A stretch of 64,000 bases of DNA from Candidatus Sericytochromatia bacterium (GTDB lineage Bacteria > Cyanobacteriota > Sericytochromatia > S15B-MN24 > UBA4093), in contig JAKFBU010000004.1 in assembly GCA_036676985.1 (NCBI GenBank), positions 32,001 through 96,000 on the forward strand. Direction: 5' to 3'. A program made the position numbers and the translations under genes. Under the pieces are notes generated by a model that saw nothing but the letters and a program-made list of their open reading frames with translations, had not been told where the DNA came from and ran no database searches. Positions within the stretch are counted from its first letter, which is position 1; each line of letters begins with the position of its first letter. Below are positions 1 through 10,632 of the stretch, piece after piece.

Positions 1-759
1 GTCCCCGTTGGCGAGCTGGATGAAGGCCGCGTTGTCGTCGGGCACGAACTTGACGAAGAGCTTCTTGAGCCGGGGAGCGCCCCCGAAGTAGTCGGCGTTC
101 GCCTCCATGGCCAGGTACTCGCCCGCGACCCACTCCTTGAACTTGAAGGGCCCCGTGCCCACCGGAGCCCGGTTGAAATGGTCGAGGTTGAGGTCCGGGC
201 TCTGCTCGAGGAGATGCGCCGGGTAGATGGGGTCGTTCGGCAGGCTGAACATCTGCATGTAGGGAGCGTAGGGCTCCTTGAAGTGCACGACGGCCGTCAG
301 CGGGTCCGGGGTGTCCACCCGGGCGATCTTGTCGTAGCCTTCGCGGCTCGAGACCAGGACCTTGGGGTCCATGTGCATCTTCCAGTTGAACCAGATGTCG
401 CGCGAGGTCAGCGGCTGACCGTCATGGAAGCGCACGCCGGGGCGCAGCTTGTAGGTGACGGACATGCCCCCGCCGCCGAGCTTGACGAGGCCGTTCTCGA
501 GGGTCGGCAGCACCGTCACGAGGTCCGGGAAGAAGCGCATCTGGTCGTCGACGCCGACCAGCCCGTTGAACATGGGCGTGGCGGCGTCGACCGCCGAGAT
601 GGCGTTGGTCAGGGTCGGGTTCAGCGTGTCCGGCTCCTGCTGGGAGCGGACGACGACCGTGTCGTCGGGGTTGCGGCGAGCGACGTCGACGGTCGACTTG
701 GAACACCCCATCAGCAGCAGGCAACCGAGCATCGGAGCCAAGAGGGTCTGGAGTCGCAA
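1..759 (-). CDS. Peptide ABC transporter substrate-binding lipoprotein (family 5), runs off the window edge
   Basis: Read by hand on the minus strand: TTG start after GGAGG, MRLQTLLAPMLGCLLLMGC (lipobox), then QEPDTLNP, LRPGVRFHDGQPLT..D..F, APVGTGPFKFKEWV. Lies downstream of the oppD/oppF-type genes. Confidence 0.85.
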   Translation of the reverse strand, partial: MRLQTLLAPMLGCLLLMGCSKSTVDVARRNPDDTVVVRSQQEPDTLNPTLTNAISAVDAATPMFNGLVGVDDQMRFFPDLVTVLPTLENGLVKLGGGGMSVTYKLRPGVRFHDGQPLTSRDIWFNWKMHMDPKVLVSSREGYDKIARVDTPDPLTAVVHFKEPYAPYMQMFSLPNDPIYPAHLLEQSPDLNLDHFNRAPVGTGPFKFKEWVAGEYLAMEANADYFGGAPRLKKLFVKFVPDDNAAFIQLANGD

Positions 760-823
760 GGGTCCCTCCGTAAAAGAAGCCGGGCGCTTGCCGAAAAGCG
801 AGCGCCCGGGAACGGGAATCGGG

Positions 824-1848
<1,025 letters not shown>

Positions 1849-1849
<1 letters not shown>

Positions 1850-2823
1850 TACTTGGCCTCCTTGGTCAGCCAGCAGCGAACCAGGTGGCCCGCCTCGACG
1901 GTCTCCAGCAGGGGCACCTCGCGGCACTTGGCGTTGAAGTGCTTGCAGCGGGGACCGAAGGAGCAACCCTGGGGCAGCCGGGACAGGGAAGGCGGCTGGC
2001 CCTCGATGGGCTCGAGACGCTCCTGCTTGGCGCCCATGCGGGGGATCGAGTTGAGCAGTCCCTGCGTGTAGGGATGCTTGGGGTTCTTGAACAGGGTGTG
2101 GACGTCGGTGTACTCGACGACCTTGCCCGCGTACATGACGGCCACGTAGTCGCACATCTCGGCGACGACGCCCAGGTCGTGCGTGATGAGCACGACGGCG
2201 GCCCCGCGCTTGGTGCGGATCTCGCGCATGAGGTCGAGGATCTGGGCCTGGATCGTCACGTCGAGGGCCGTGGTGGGCTCGTCGGCGATGAGCAGCTCGG
2301 GCTCGCACGAGAGGGCCATGGCGATGATGACGCGCTGGCGCATGCCGCCCGAGAACTGGTGCGGGTAGTCGTCGATGCGGGTGGCGGCGGCCGGGATGCC
2401 GACGGCCTCGAGGGCCGCGATCGCGCGCTGGCGGGCGGTGGCCTTGTCGACCTTCTGGTGGAGGATGATGGCCTCCATGATCTGCTCGCCCACGGTCAGG
2501 ACCGGGTTCAGCGAGGTCATGGGGTCCTGGGAGATCAAGGAGATCTGGTTGCCGCGGATCTCGCGCATCTCGGCCTCGGAGAGGCTCAGGAGGTTCTTGC
2601 CGTTGAAGAGGATCTGGCCGCCCACGATCTTGCCCTGGGGGCCTGCCACGAGGCGCATGATCGAGAGGGACGTGATGCTCTTGCCGCATCCGGATTCGCC
2701 GACGATCCCGAGGATCTGGCCCTTCTGGACCTCGAAGTCGACGCCGTCGACGGCCTTGACGATGCCTTCCTCGGTAGTGAAGTGGGTCTGCAACCCGGAA
2801 ACCTTGAGCAACGCTTCTGCCAC
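1849..2823 (-). CDS. oppD: Oligopeptide/dipeptide ABC transporter ATPase (OppD/DppD type)
   Basis: [38 protein letters not shown]. Confidence 0.92.
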
Positions 2824-2963
2824 GTGTCCTCCGTCAGAGCGGGTAAAACCGAGCCGTGGGGCCGATTAGGCGAGAATTCCCAGATGACAACGTTATCACA
2901 CGACCGGGGGGTTGTCCACGACCGATCGCTACCGCGCGGGGTCAACCACGGGACGCGAGCGGG

Positions 2964-3533
2964 CTACTCGTCGAAGTACTCGCCGATGTGGAAGTCCGCG
3001 GGCTTGTCGAAGCGGTCCTCGCTGAGGGTGGCCTGCTTGATCCGATCCACCCGGAACACGCGCCGATCCTGGCGCATGTGGCAGTAGGCGATGAGCCAGT
3101 GCAGATCGCCCATCTGCTTGAGGCCGTAGGGGTCGACGCGGCGCGTGTTGAACTCCTCGCGGCTCATGGAGAAGTAGGAGACCTCCAGCGTGCGGCCTTC
3201 GTCGATGGCCTGCTGGATCACGGGCATGGTGCCGTCGATCGCGTACATGGGCATGGCGTAGCTGGAGTCGACGGTCATGGCGTCGATGTCGCTGGTCTCG
3301 GAGTCGTGGATGGTCGCCGTCACGATGTCCTCGACGATCTCGTCGGTCATCTCCAAGAGGTCCTCGGGCAGAGCGCCCTGGAGCTTGCCCATCAGGCCCG
3401 CCATGAGGACGTCCTGCGGCACGCCGTTGATCTCGATGACCTCCACCATGTCGTCCAGGAGCTTGAGGCCGACCATGAGCAGGACGGCTTCATCCAGTGA
3501 TAGACGGAGCGGAAGGTTGGAGGGATCGCTCAT
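2964..3533 (-). CDS. Stand-alone WYL-domain protein
   Basis: C-terminal AIDEGRTLEVSY...RRVDPYGL...WLIAYCHMRQDRRVFRVDRI is the WYL signature. The N-terminus is acidic with no obvious HTH. Confidence 0.85.
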   Translation of the reverse strand: MSDPSNLPLRLSLDEAVLLMVGLKLLDDMVEVIEINGVPQDVLMAGLMGKLQGALPEDLLEMTDEIVEDIVTATIHDSETSDIDAMTVDSSYAMPMYAIDGTMPVIQQAIDEGRTLEVSYFSMSREEFNTRRVDPYGLKQMGDLHWLIAYCHMRQDRRVFRVDRIKQATLSEDRFDKPADFHIGEYFDE

Positions 3534-3707
3534 CCTCGGGAGATCTCCTACGACACGGCCGCGACGATCGGCGCCAACGGGTGGAACGACTGAAACTTCG
3601 GCATCTTAAGAGCCTCCGGGCCTTCTGTCAAATGCGGGGAGGCCGTGGAGGCGCGATCGCGGGTATATGGCATGCGGTAAGCCGAAGGATTGATCGAGGA
3701 GGACCGG

Positions 3708-5492
3708 GTGCGGGGACGGGCGTTCAGGCGACTAGCCGTCGGAGTGGCGTTGGCCACGGCCGTCGGCTGCGCGCCGCGGCCCGCCGTGACGCCCCCGGCC
3801 GCTGAAGCGGGGCTCGGGACCGTCACGCTGCAGCTGGAGGGCTTCGGCGACGCGCCGCGAGCCACGCAGGCCGTCCCGACGTTCAGCCGGGCGCGCCTGC
3901 ACATCGACGGGCCCGCCATGCCCGCCGAGCGGACGGCCAATGCCTCCTTCCGCCTGGGAGCCACCCAGCTCACGGTGCGCAACGTCCCGGTCGGCCCCAA
4001 CGTCGTGGTCGTCGTCGAGGGGCTGGACGCCTCCGATCGCCCCCTGCCGGGGGCGCGCTTCGGGACGGTCCTGGATATCGCCCCCGGCGCGACCGTCCAG
4101 GCGCCGGTGGGGCCCCTCACCACGCCGCTCGCCGAGGTGGTGCTCGCGCTCCTCGCCAATGACCGCGCGGCGGGCCGCAGCCTCGACCAGGCCCTGTCGG
4201 CCCGGCTGGACGAAGCGGCCCTCCAGGCGCGTCTCGAGGGCGAGCGATCGCGGCTCGGGGTGGTGCACCCGGCCCTGTTCAACGCCGTGGGGCTCGCCGG
4301 CACCCTCGCCGCTTCCCCCACCCTGACGCCGCCGTCGGATTTGTCGAGCTACGTGCGATCGCCCGGCCGGGTGCGGGTCCGCCTCAAGGGCCTGCCCACG
4401 GGCTCCAGGGCCACGGTCTCGCTGGACGACCCTGTCTCCCCCAAGCAGCAGAACCTTGCGGAGGGCAGCCACGACATCCTGCCGGTCGCGCCCGGCACCT
4501 GGACCGTATCGGTGGAGGCGGCGGGCGGCCTTGCGGCCTCGCTGCCGGTGACGGTGCCCGAGGGCCTGACTGGGACGCCCCCGGAGGTCTTCCTGGACCT
4601 GAGCCGCTGGGAGTCGTTCGCGGGCATGTCCAAGCCCCTTGCCGCCACCCTCTGCCTGCCCATGAGCCTCGGGGACGTGCCGTCCTTGCTCATGGTGGGC
4701 GGACTGGACGCCGTTCCTTCCCCGGTCACGCGCTACGCGACCGACAGCTGCTTCGCCTACGACGGCACGCGCGTCGCTCCGTTGCCGCTCTTGCCGGATC
4801 CCGTGTCCTTTGCCGCGGGGGCGGTCGTCGAAGGCAAGCCCTACGTGATCGGCGGCCTCTCGGAGACCGGACAGCGGACCGACCAGGTCTATCGCCTCGA
4901 CGGCAGCGCATGGAAGGCCGTCGCCACGGCCTCGACCGCCTTCGCGGGGGCGGTGAGCATCGCCGACGGCGCGGACATCTACCTCTTCGGGGGAACGCTC
5001 GGCCTCGGGGGCCTCGTCTACGAGACGCAGACGGGCAAGTTCCGCGCCGGCCCCGACATGACCATCGTGCGTCGCATGCCCGCGAGCGCGGTCCACGAAG
5101 GCCGGCTCTACGTCTTCGGCGGCGGTGAGCAGGGAGAGCCCCTGGCCGCCTCGGAGGTCTTCGATCCGCAGGCCGGGGGGTGGCGCAACATCGAGGCCAT
5201 GCCGGCCCCCCGCCTCGGAGCCCGGGCCGTGTCGCACGGGGGCCGGATCTACGTCATCGGGGGCGTGAACCGGGATGGCATGGCCACCGGCCGGGTGGAC
5301 GTCTACGATCCGGCGGCGAACACCTGGGCGCTCTTCAGCGCCCTGCAGACGCCTAGGGCGGCGAGTGCCGTCGGCGTGCTGAGCGATCGCCTCTTCGTCC
5401 TGGGCGGCAGCGACGGCCTTTTGGCCTCGATCCTGACCGGGGCGCTCGACAAGCCCGCGGTCCTCGGCGCCATCGAGGTCCTGAAGCCATGA
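3708..5492 (+). CDS. Kelch-repeat lipoprotein with N-terminal Ig/carboxypeptidase-regulatory-like domains
   Basis: GTG after GAGGAGG; lipobox AVGC; repeated YVIGG/YVFGG...YDP...W...PR Kelch units in the C-terminal half. Confidence 0.8.
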   Translation: MRGRAFRRLAVGVALATAVGCAPRPAVTPPAAEAGLGTVTLQLEGFGDAPRATQAVPTFSRARLHIDGPAMPAERTANASFRLGATQLTVRNVPVGPNVVVVVEGLDASDRPLPGARFGTVLDIAPGATVQAPVGPLTTPLAEVVLALLANDRAAGRSLDQALSARLDEAALQARLEGERSRLGVVHPALFNAVGLAGTLAASPTLTPPSDLSSYVRSPGRVRVRLKGLPTGSRATVSLDDPVSPKQQNLAEGSHDILPVAPGTWTVSVEAAGGLAASLPVTVPEGLTGTPPEVFLDLSRWESFAGMSKPLAATLCLPMSLGDVPSLLMVGGLDAVPSPVTRYATDSCFAYDGTRVAPLPLLPDPVSFAAGAVVEGKPYVIGGLSETGQRTDQVYRLDGSAWKAVATASTAFAGAVSIADGADIYLFGGTLGLGGLVYETQTGKFRAGPDMTIVRRMPASAVHEGRLYVFGGGEQGEPLAASEVFDPQAGGWRNIEAMPAPRLGARAVSHGGRIYVIGGVNRDGMATGRVDVYDPAANTWALFSALQTPRAASAVGVLSDRLFVLGGSDGLLASILTGALDKPAVLGAIEVLKP

Positions 5493-6748
5493 GGATCCGG
5501 CTCCGCGGCTCCCTGGTGCTGCTCTCGCTGCTCGTCGCGGCGGCAACGGGCTGCGATCTCCCCCTGGCGCCCCTGGACCTGCCGATCGCCTCGTCGGCGG
5601 CGCCCACGGGCTCGGGGGGAACGCCGCGTCCCAGCCCGACGGCGACCGCGTCGCCGCAGCCGACCCCCACGGCCACGGCCTCCGCGACGCCGGCCCCGAC
5701 CGTCGAGCCGACCTCGGAGCCCACCCAGGCTCCCACCCAGGCGCCGACTCCCACGCCAGTGCCCACGCCGACTCCCAACGGGACGCTCATCGTAGGGACC
5801 TCTCCCGAGGCGAGGGGTGCGTGGTCGAGCCTCACGGCCCTCGCGCGGCCCCGCATGGGGCACGTGGCCCTGGTCCTGGACAGCCGCCTGGTAGTCGCCG
5901 GCGGCGTTCCCTCCGAGGTGCTCGAGGGCTATCGCCCGGCGAGCGACGTCTGGGAGGAGTTCGATCCCAAGGGGGCCTACGCGGAGGCCAAGCGCCAGAC
6001 CATCCTGGCGCAGTACTTCTCGTGCGGCGGGACGGTCGGCACGTCTCGGGTCGTGGTGGCGGGCGGCTACGACGGTGCCTTCGAGATCGGGATCCCGCGC
6101 GTGTACACCTGGACCGAGGGGTTCCAGTTCAGCACATTCTTCGGGGCGAGCATGCCCACGCCGCGCTATGCGGTCGCTGGTGCGACAATCGGCAACAAGC
6201 TCTACGTGGCCGGCGGCCTGCGGAGCCGGACCGTCTCCCTGGACGGGGCCTACCGGGGCATCGACACCGTGCCGGCCTTCGAGGCCTTTGACGTGACGAC
6301 CAATGCCTGGAGCTCCCTGCCCGCCCTGCCCTACGCGGTCTCGGGCGCCGTGGCCGTCGCCTACAACGGCCAGCTCTGCGTGCTCGGCGGCTTGCTGGCG
6401 AGCGGCGAGCCCATCGGCCATGCGCAGGTCTACCGGCCGGACATCAACCAGTGGATCACGGACCCGAACCTCGGGGCCCTACCTCCCATGCGAACGGCCC
6501 GGCACTCGGCGGCGGCGGCTGTCCTCGACGGCAAGATCTACGTGCTGGGCGGCATGGGAGAGGATCGCACGGCCCTGACGGCATGTGAGGTCTACGATCC
6601 GGCCACCAAGACCTGGCAGGTCCTGCCTCCCATGCCGTTCGCTCGCTACTTGCACGGGGCCGCGGCCCTCGCGGGCAAGGTCTACGTGCTCGGCGGCAAC
6701 AACGCGGCGGGGCAGCCCCAGCGCACGGTGGAGGCCTTCATGCCATGA
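5489..6748 (+). CDS. Kelch-repeat lipoprotein with a Pro/Thr stalk
   Basis: ATGA overlap with the previous gene; lipobox ATGC; PT/TAT-rich linker; about six Kelch repeats (KLYVAGG, KIYVLGG, YDPATKTW). Confidence 0.85.
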   Translation: MRIRLRGSLVLLSLLVAAATGCDLPLAPLDLPIASSAAPTGSGGTPRPSPTATASPQPTPTATASATPAPTVEPTSEPTQAPTQAPTPTPVPTPTPNGTLIVGTSPEARGAWSSLTALARPRMGHVALVLDSRLVVAGGVPSEVLEGYRPASDVWEEFDPKGAYAEAKRQTILAQYFSCGGTVGTSRVVVAGGYDGAFEIGIPRVYTWTEGFQFSTFFGASMPTPRYAVAGATIGNKLYVAGGLRSRTVSLDGAYRGIDTVPAFEAFDVTTNAWSSLPALPYAVSGAVAVAYNGQLCVLGGLLASGEPIGHAQVYRPDINQWITDPNLGALPPMRTARHSAAAAVLDGKIYVLGGMGEDRTALTACEVYDPATKTWQVLPPMPFARYLHGAAALAGKVYVLGGNNAAGQPQRTVEAFMP

Positions 6749-8196
6749 GCCGTCGATCGCTAGTCCTGGCCCTTTTGAGCCTGACGCTCGCCGCGTGCGT
6801 CCCCCCCACCGCAGGCCTTCAGCCGCCTGCGGGAGTACCGGACCTGGAGGTCTCGGTGACGCCGGCCGAGGCTCCCCCTGCCGGGGCGCCCTCTGGAACC
6901 GCAGGGCCCGTCGAGCCCGGGGCGGTCGAGGACGTCGTGCCCGGCGAGTACCTCGTGGGCCTGACGCCGGAGGCGGATGCCCAGGCGATCGCCCGGGCCG
7001 TGGGAGCTTCCTTCCAGGGCGAGATCCGCTTCACCGGTCGATACGCTCACCTGGCCCTCCCCGCGGACACGTCCCGCTCCGAGGCCGAGGCACGCCTCCA
7101 GGAGCTTTCGGGCGTGACGTCGGTGGCCCCCAACTGGCGCGTTCAGCCCGCCTACCTGACGTCCGGGCAGACGCCCGACGACATACGCTACGGCGACCAG
7201 TGGGCTCACCAGGTGACGGGCGCTCTGCCGGCCTGGCGGGCCCTGGGGACGGGCTTCACGGCCTCCAACGTGGCGATCGCCGTCCTGGACTCCGGCTGCG
7301 ACGTGTCGCACCCGGACTTCATGGGCCGGGTGCTCGCGGGCCGGAACTACACGGACGAGCATCCGGACACGAGCCTCTCGCTGGCGGACGACGTCACGGA
7401 TCTGCACGGCCACGGTACACACGTGGCGGGGATCGCGGCTGCCTCGGGGCACAACGCCCTGGGGGTGACGGGTGTGGCCTGGGATGCCAAGATCCTGCCC
7501 GTGAAGGTGCTCGGCCTCAGCGGCGGGTCGGCGGCGGGCATCCTCAAGGGCCTCGTGTACGCGGCGGATTACTCGACCTCCGAGGCGACGGTGCGGGTCA
7601 TCAACTTGAGCCTGAGCGTCCCCGGGCGCTTCACGACCGAGGCGGCCTTCGAGGACGCCATGGCCTACGCCTGGCGCAAGGGTATCGCGGTGGTGGTGGC
7701 CGCGGGCAACCAGGGCGCCGACGTCCCCCGGCCGGGCACCAATCCGCATGCCATCGTGGTGGCGGCGACCGCCGTCCATGAGATCGTGCCCAAGCTCTTC
7801 GTGGAGTTCCTGGCGGGCTTCTCCAACAAAGGCGATCGCATCGACGTGGCCGCGCCCGGCAGCAAGATCCTCTCGACGGCTCCGCGCTACGACAACCAGC
7901 TCAGCCAGCGCAGCGGCCTCTTGACCCGGGCGGTGGGCGACGAGATCTCCCCCATCGACCCGCCGTACGCGTACAACGACGGTACGTCCATGGCCGCTCC
8001 CTACGTCTCGGGCGTGGCCGCCCTCATGGCGGCGCGCTACGACCCTTACCACATGCGGATGAACGCCGCCTTCGCGGACCGGTTGGCGGAGCGCCTGGCC
8101 TCCACCTCGGACGATCTGGGGCCGGTCGGCAAGGATCCCTACTTCGGCCACGGTCGCGTGAACGTGCAGAAGGGGCTCGCGCCCTCCTCGCTCTAG
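6745..8196 (+). CDS. S8 subtilisin-like serine protease, lipoprotein
   Basis: Lipobox LAAC; catalytic triad motifs VLDSG, HGTHVAG, GTSMAAP; oxyanion AAGN; C-terminal GKDPYFGHGRVN. Confidence 0.93.
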   Translation: MSRRSLVLALLSLTLAACVPPTAGLQPPAGVPDLEVSVTPAEAPPAGAPSGTAGPVEPGAVEDVVPGEYLVGLTPEADAQAIARAVGASFQGEIRFTGRYAHLALPADTSRSEAEARLQELSGVTSVAPNWRVQPAYLTSGQTPDDIRYGDQWAHQVTGALPAWRALGTGFTASNVAIAVLDSGCDVSHPDFMGRVLAGRNYTDEHPDTSLSLADDVTDLHGHGTHVAGIAAASGHNALGVTGVAWDAKILPVKVLGLSGGSAAGILKGLVYAADYSTSEATVRVINLSLSVPGRFTTEAAFEDAMAYAWRKGIAVVVAAGNQGADVPRPGTNPHAIVVAATAVHEIVPKLFVEFLAGFSNKGDRIDVAAPGSKILSTAPRYDNQLSQRSGLLTRAVGDEISPIDPPYAYNDGTSMAAPYVSGVAALMAARYDPYHMRMNAAFADRLAERLASTSDDLGPVGKDPYFGHGRVNVQKGLAPSSL

Positions 8197-8259
8197 GGGT
8201 TAGCGCCGGTGAGCCACGGGTATGACTCGCTTGGCCTCTCGCCTTCTTGGAGGATACCC

Positions 8260-10056
8260 GTGGTCCGGCGCGCGCTCTTGCCCCTCATCGCCGTCTCGCT
8301 CCTGCTCGCCGGCTGTCCCGGCGATTGGCTGATCGCGGATGACAGCGACAACTCGAACATCATCAGCACGTCGCGGGGCGGCACCGGCGGCGGTGCAAAC
8401 TTCACGGGGGGCACCAACACCGGCTCGTCGGGAGGCAGCACGACGCCCTTCTCGTGCACGGGCCTGCGGGTCGGGATCGGCGTGGAGAGCGACGCGGCGG
8501 CGGGCACCAACCCGTCCAGCGTGTCTTTGAGTGATTCGGTCCAGGTCATGCCCCTGTACCTCGGCAGCAACGTGTCCATGTCCGTGTCGAACGCCAAGAC
8601 GGCCGTGGTGGCCATGGCCTCCCTGAACGAGACGAGCGATTCGTACGTGCAGGCGACGTGGAGCGGGTCGGGGGTGGGTACCGCCTATCGCACCCAGTCC
8701 GAGTCCGCTCTGGATGAGTCGCCGCAGAACCGGGCGGAGCGCCTGGTGCGCGAGCACGCGAAGACCTTGCGTCCGGCGCCGGTGAGCACGAGCTATCGCA
8801 CGCAGGCCGGGACGACCTACGCGAACGGGGCCGAGCGGACGTTCAAGATCCTCGACTTCAGGCCGGGCATGCCGGCGCGTTCGGTTCCGACCAAGGCGGT
8901 GCACGTCTACAACGCGCCGACTGGCCAGAAGGGTAGCTTCGTCATCTGGGTGGACCAAGAGGACGCGGCCATCTTCCAGGGGTCGGGCAGTAAGCTCGAG
9001 ACGATCGCCAACGAGCTGCGCGAGCGGATCTACAAGCTGGATACCTGTGCGTTCGGCTCGGACACGACGATCGCCGAGAACGACGCCCTGCCTGCGAGCA
9101 AAAAGGTCTACCTGGATGACGACTACGTCCACTTCGTCTTCTCGCGCCGGGTCGACAATGGCACGCTGACGACCGGGAACGGGACGCTCGGGTTCTTCAC
9201 GCTGGCGGACTTGGCGGATAGCGGGTTCAACCGGGGGAAGATCCTCTACATCGCCTCCAGTGCGACGTCGCGCTCGCTGGGAGATATGTTCGCGGTCATC
9301 GCCCACGAGTTCCAGCACCTGCTGTTCTCCTGCCACCGGGTCAAGGCGGTGGGGATGCAGAACCACATCTACGAGTTCCAGTCGGGGGCAGACACGTGGC
9401 TCAACGAGGGCCTCTCGATGCTCGCCATGATGCTCAACGGCTATGGCCCGGACGGCTCGGAGCCGAGTCCGGCCATCGTGCAGCAGATCGCCGACTACCT
9501 GGACGAGCCCAGCAAGTACTCCATGACGGAGTTCTATCAGGGCACGGGCAATCCGACGGATGCGTACGGGATGGTCACGCTGTTCGTGCAGTACCTGAAC
9601 GATCGCCTGGGCGACGCGTCGCTCAAGGACTTTCATTCCACGGACAACAGCGCGACCATGTTCAACGGGCAGGCCGCCAGTGCAGGGAACGTGGACCCGA
9701 CAGACCTGGCTGACCGGGTCTTGGCCAAGTACGGGACGACGCTCGGCCGGATGTTCGCAGACTTCGGGGCGGCGGTGGTGCTGGACGGGTCGGAGGCGGT
9801 TGCTTCCCTGGATGAGCCATGGGCCTCGCGCTACCAGATCCGCAACGTGAACCTGCGTGGCAAGTACACCGGCCTGGAGCCGGAGCAAATCCAGATGCAG
9901 GGGCCAGGGGTGCAGGTGCAGGCGTCGACGAACCTATCGTTGCGGCCGTACTGCTTGAACTTCCTGTATCAGAAGAATCTAAGCGGGACGATCAGCCTGG
10001 GCTTCACGGGCGGCGGCGGCTCGGGGTACGGGGCGAAGCTGATTCTCACGCAGTAG
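8260..10056 (+). CDS. HEXXH zinc metalloprotease lipoprotein (peptidase M30/hyicolysin-like)
   Basis: GTG after GGAGG; lipobox LAGC; IAHEFQHL...WLNEGLS gluzincin motif; later YG...LF.QYL. Confidence 0.75.
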   Translation: MVRRALLPLIAVSLLLAGCPGDWLIADDSDNSNIISTSRGGTGGGANFTGGTNTGSSGGSTTPFSCTGLRVGIGVESDAAAGTNPSSVSLSDSVQVMPLYLGSNVSMSVSNAKTAVVAMASLNETSDSYVQATWSGSGVGTAYRTQSESALDESPQNRAERLVREHAKTLRPAPVSTSYRTQAGTTYANGAERTFKILDFRPGMPARSVPTKAVHVYNAPTGQKGSFVIWVDQEDAAIFQGSGSKLETIANELRERIYKLDTCAFGSDTTIAENDALPASKKVYLDDDYVHFVFSRRVDNGTLTTGNGTLGFFTLADLADSGFNRGKILYIASSATSRSLGDMFAVIAHEFQHLLFSCHRVKAVGMQNHIYEFQSGADTWLNEGLSMLAMMLNGYGPDGSEPSPAIVQQIADYLDEPSKYSMTEFYQGTGNPTDAYGMVTLFVQYLNDRLGDASLKDFHSTDNSATMFNGQAASAGNVDPTDLADRVLAKYGTTLGRMFADFGAAVVLDGSEAVASLDEPWASRYQIRNVNLRGKYTGLEPEQIQMQGPGVQVQASTNLSLRPYCLNFLYQKNLSGTISLGFTGGGGSGYGAKLILTQ

Positions 10057-10076
10057 ATCTTTATCTGTGATATGTT

Positions 10077-10108
10077 GACGAGCGCTCGTTATCGAGTGCT
10101 CGTTTTTT
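10077..10108 (+). terminator. Intrinsic terminator ending the lipoprotein/protease operon
   Basis: ACGAGCGCTCG-TTAT-CGAGTGCTCGT hairpin followed by a T run. Confidence 0.7.
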
Positions 10109-10120
10109 GTTGGAGGGCCG

Positions 10121-10474
10121 ATGGATCTTCAAGTGATCAGAGCCCGGGCACAGCGAAACAATCCCACTGTTGCTGAACAAAAGCTGTGGCGATGCCTCAG
10201 GGGGAAGCAACTCGGGGTGAAGTTTCGGCGTCAACACCCTTTGGGGCCGTATGTCTTGGATTTCTTCTGTCCTGCGGTGGGGCTCGCGATTGAGCTGGAT
10301 GGCGGGCAACACGCGGGATCCCCGGAGGACGTGCGGCGAGATCAGTGGCTTGCAGAGCAGGGGATTCGGGTGGTGCGCTTCTGGAATCGGGATGTGCTCG
10401 GGAACATGGATGGTGTGCTGGAGCGGATACTAAGTGAGATTAACAAGGAGGACCCCCCCTACCCCCCCCTCTAG
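10121..10474 (+). CDS. DUF559 (Vsr-like PD-(D/E)xK) endonuclease
   Basis: T.AE..LW..LRGKQLGVKFRRQHPLGPYVLDFFC...LAIELDGGQH...RD.WL...G.RVVRFWN; GGAGG ribosome-binding site. Confidence 0.9.
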   Translation: MDLQVIRARAQRNNPTVAEQKLWRCLRGKQLGVKFRRQHPLGPYVLDFFCPAVGLAIELDGGQHAGSPEDVRRDQWLAEQGIRVVRFWNRDVLGNMDGVLERILSEINKEDPPYPPL

Positions 10475-10632
10475 AGGGGGGGAAGCTCTTGGGAGGGGAA
10501 GTTTCACCCATGATCCTAAGGAGTTGCCTTGCTCTCCCTCATGATCCGATGGAGCAGCCTCGCTCTCACCCACCCATGATCCGCACACCCCCCCTCTAGA
10601 GGGGGGGCTGGGGGGGTTCTCCTTATTCCAAA
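10446..10632. repeat. Palindromic REP/MITE-like element, family A, copy 1
   Basis: Two CCCCCCTCTAGAGGGGGG palindromes within terminal inverted repeats (AGGAGGACCCCCCC...GGGGGGGTTCTCCT). A near-identical element lies at 59822-59974. Confidence 0.85.
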
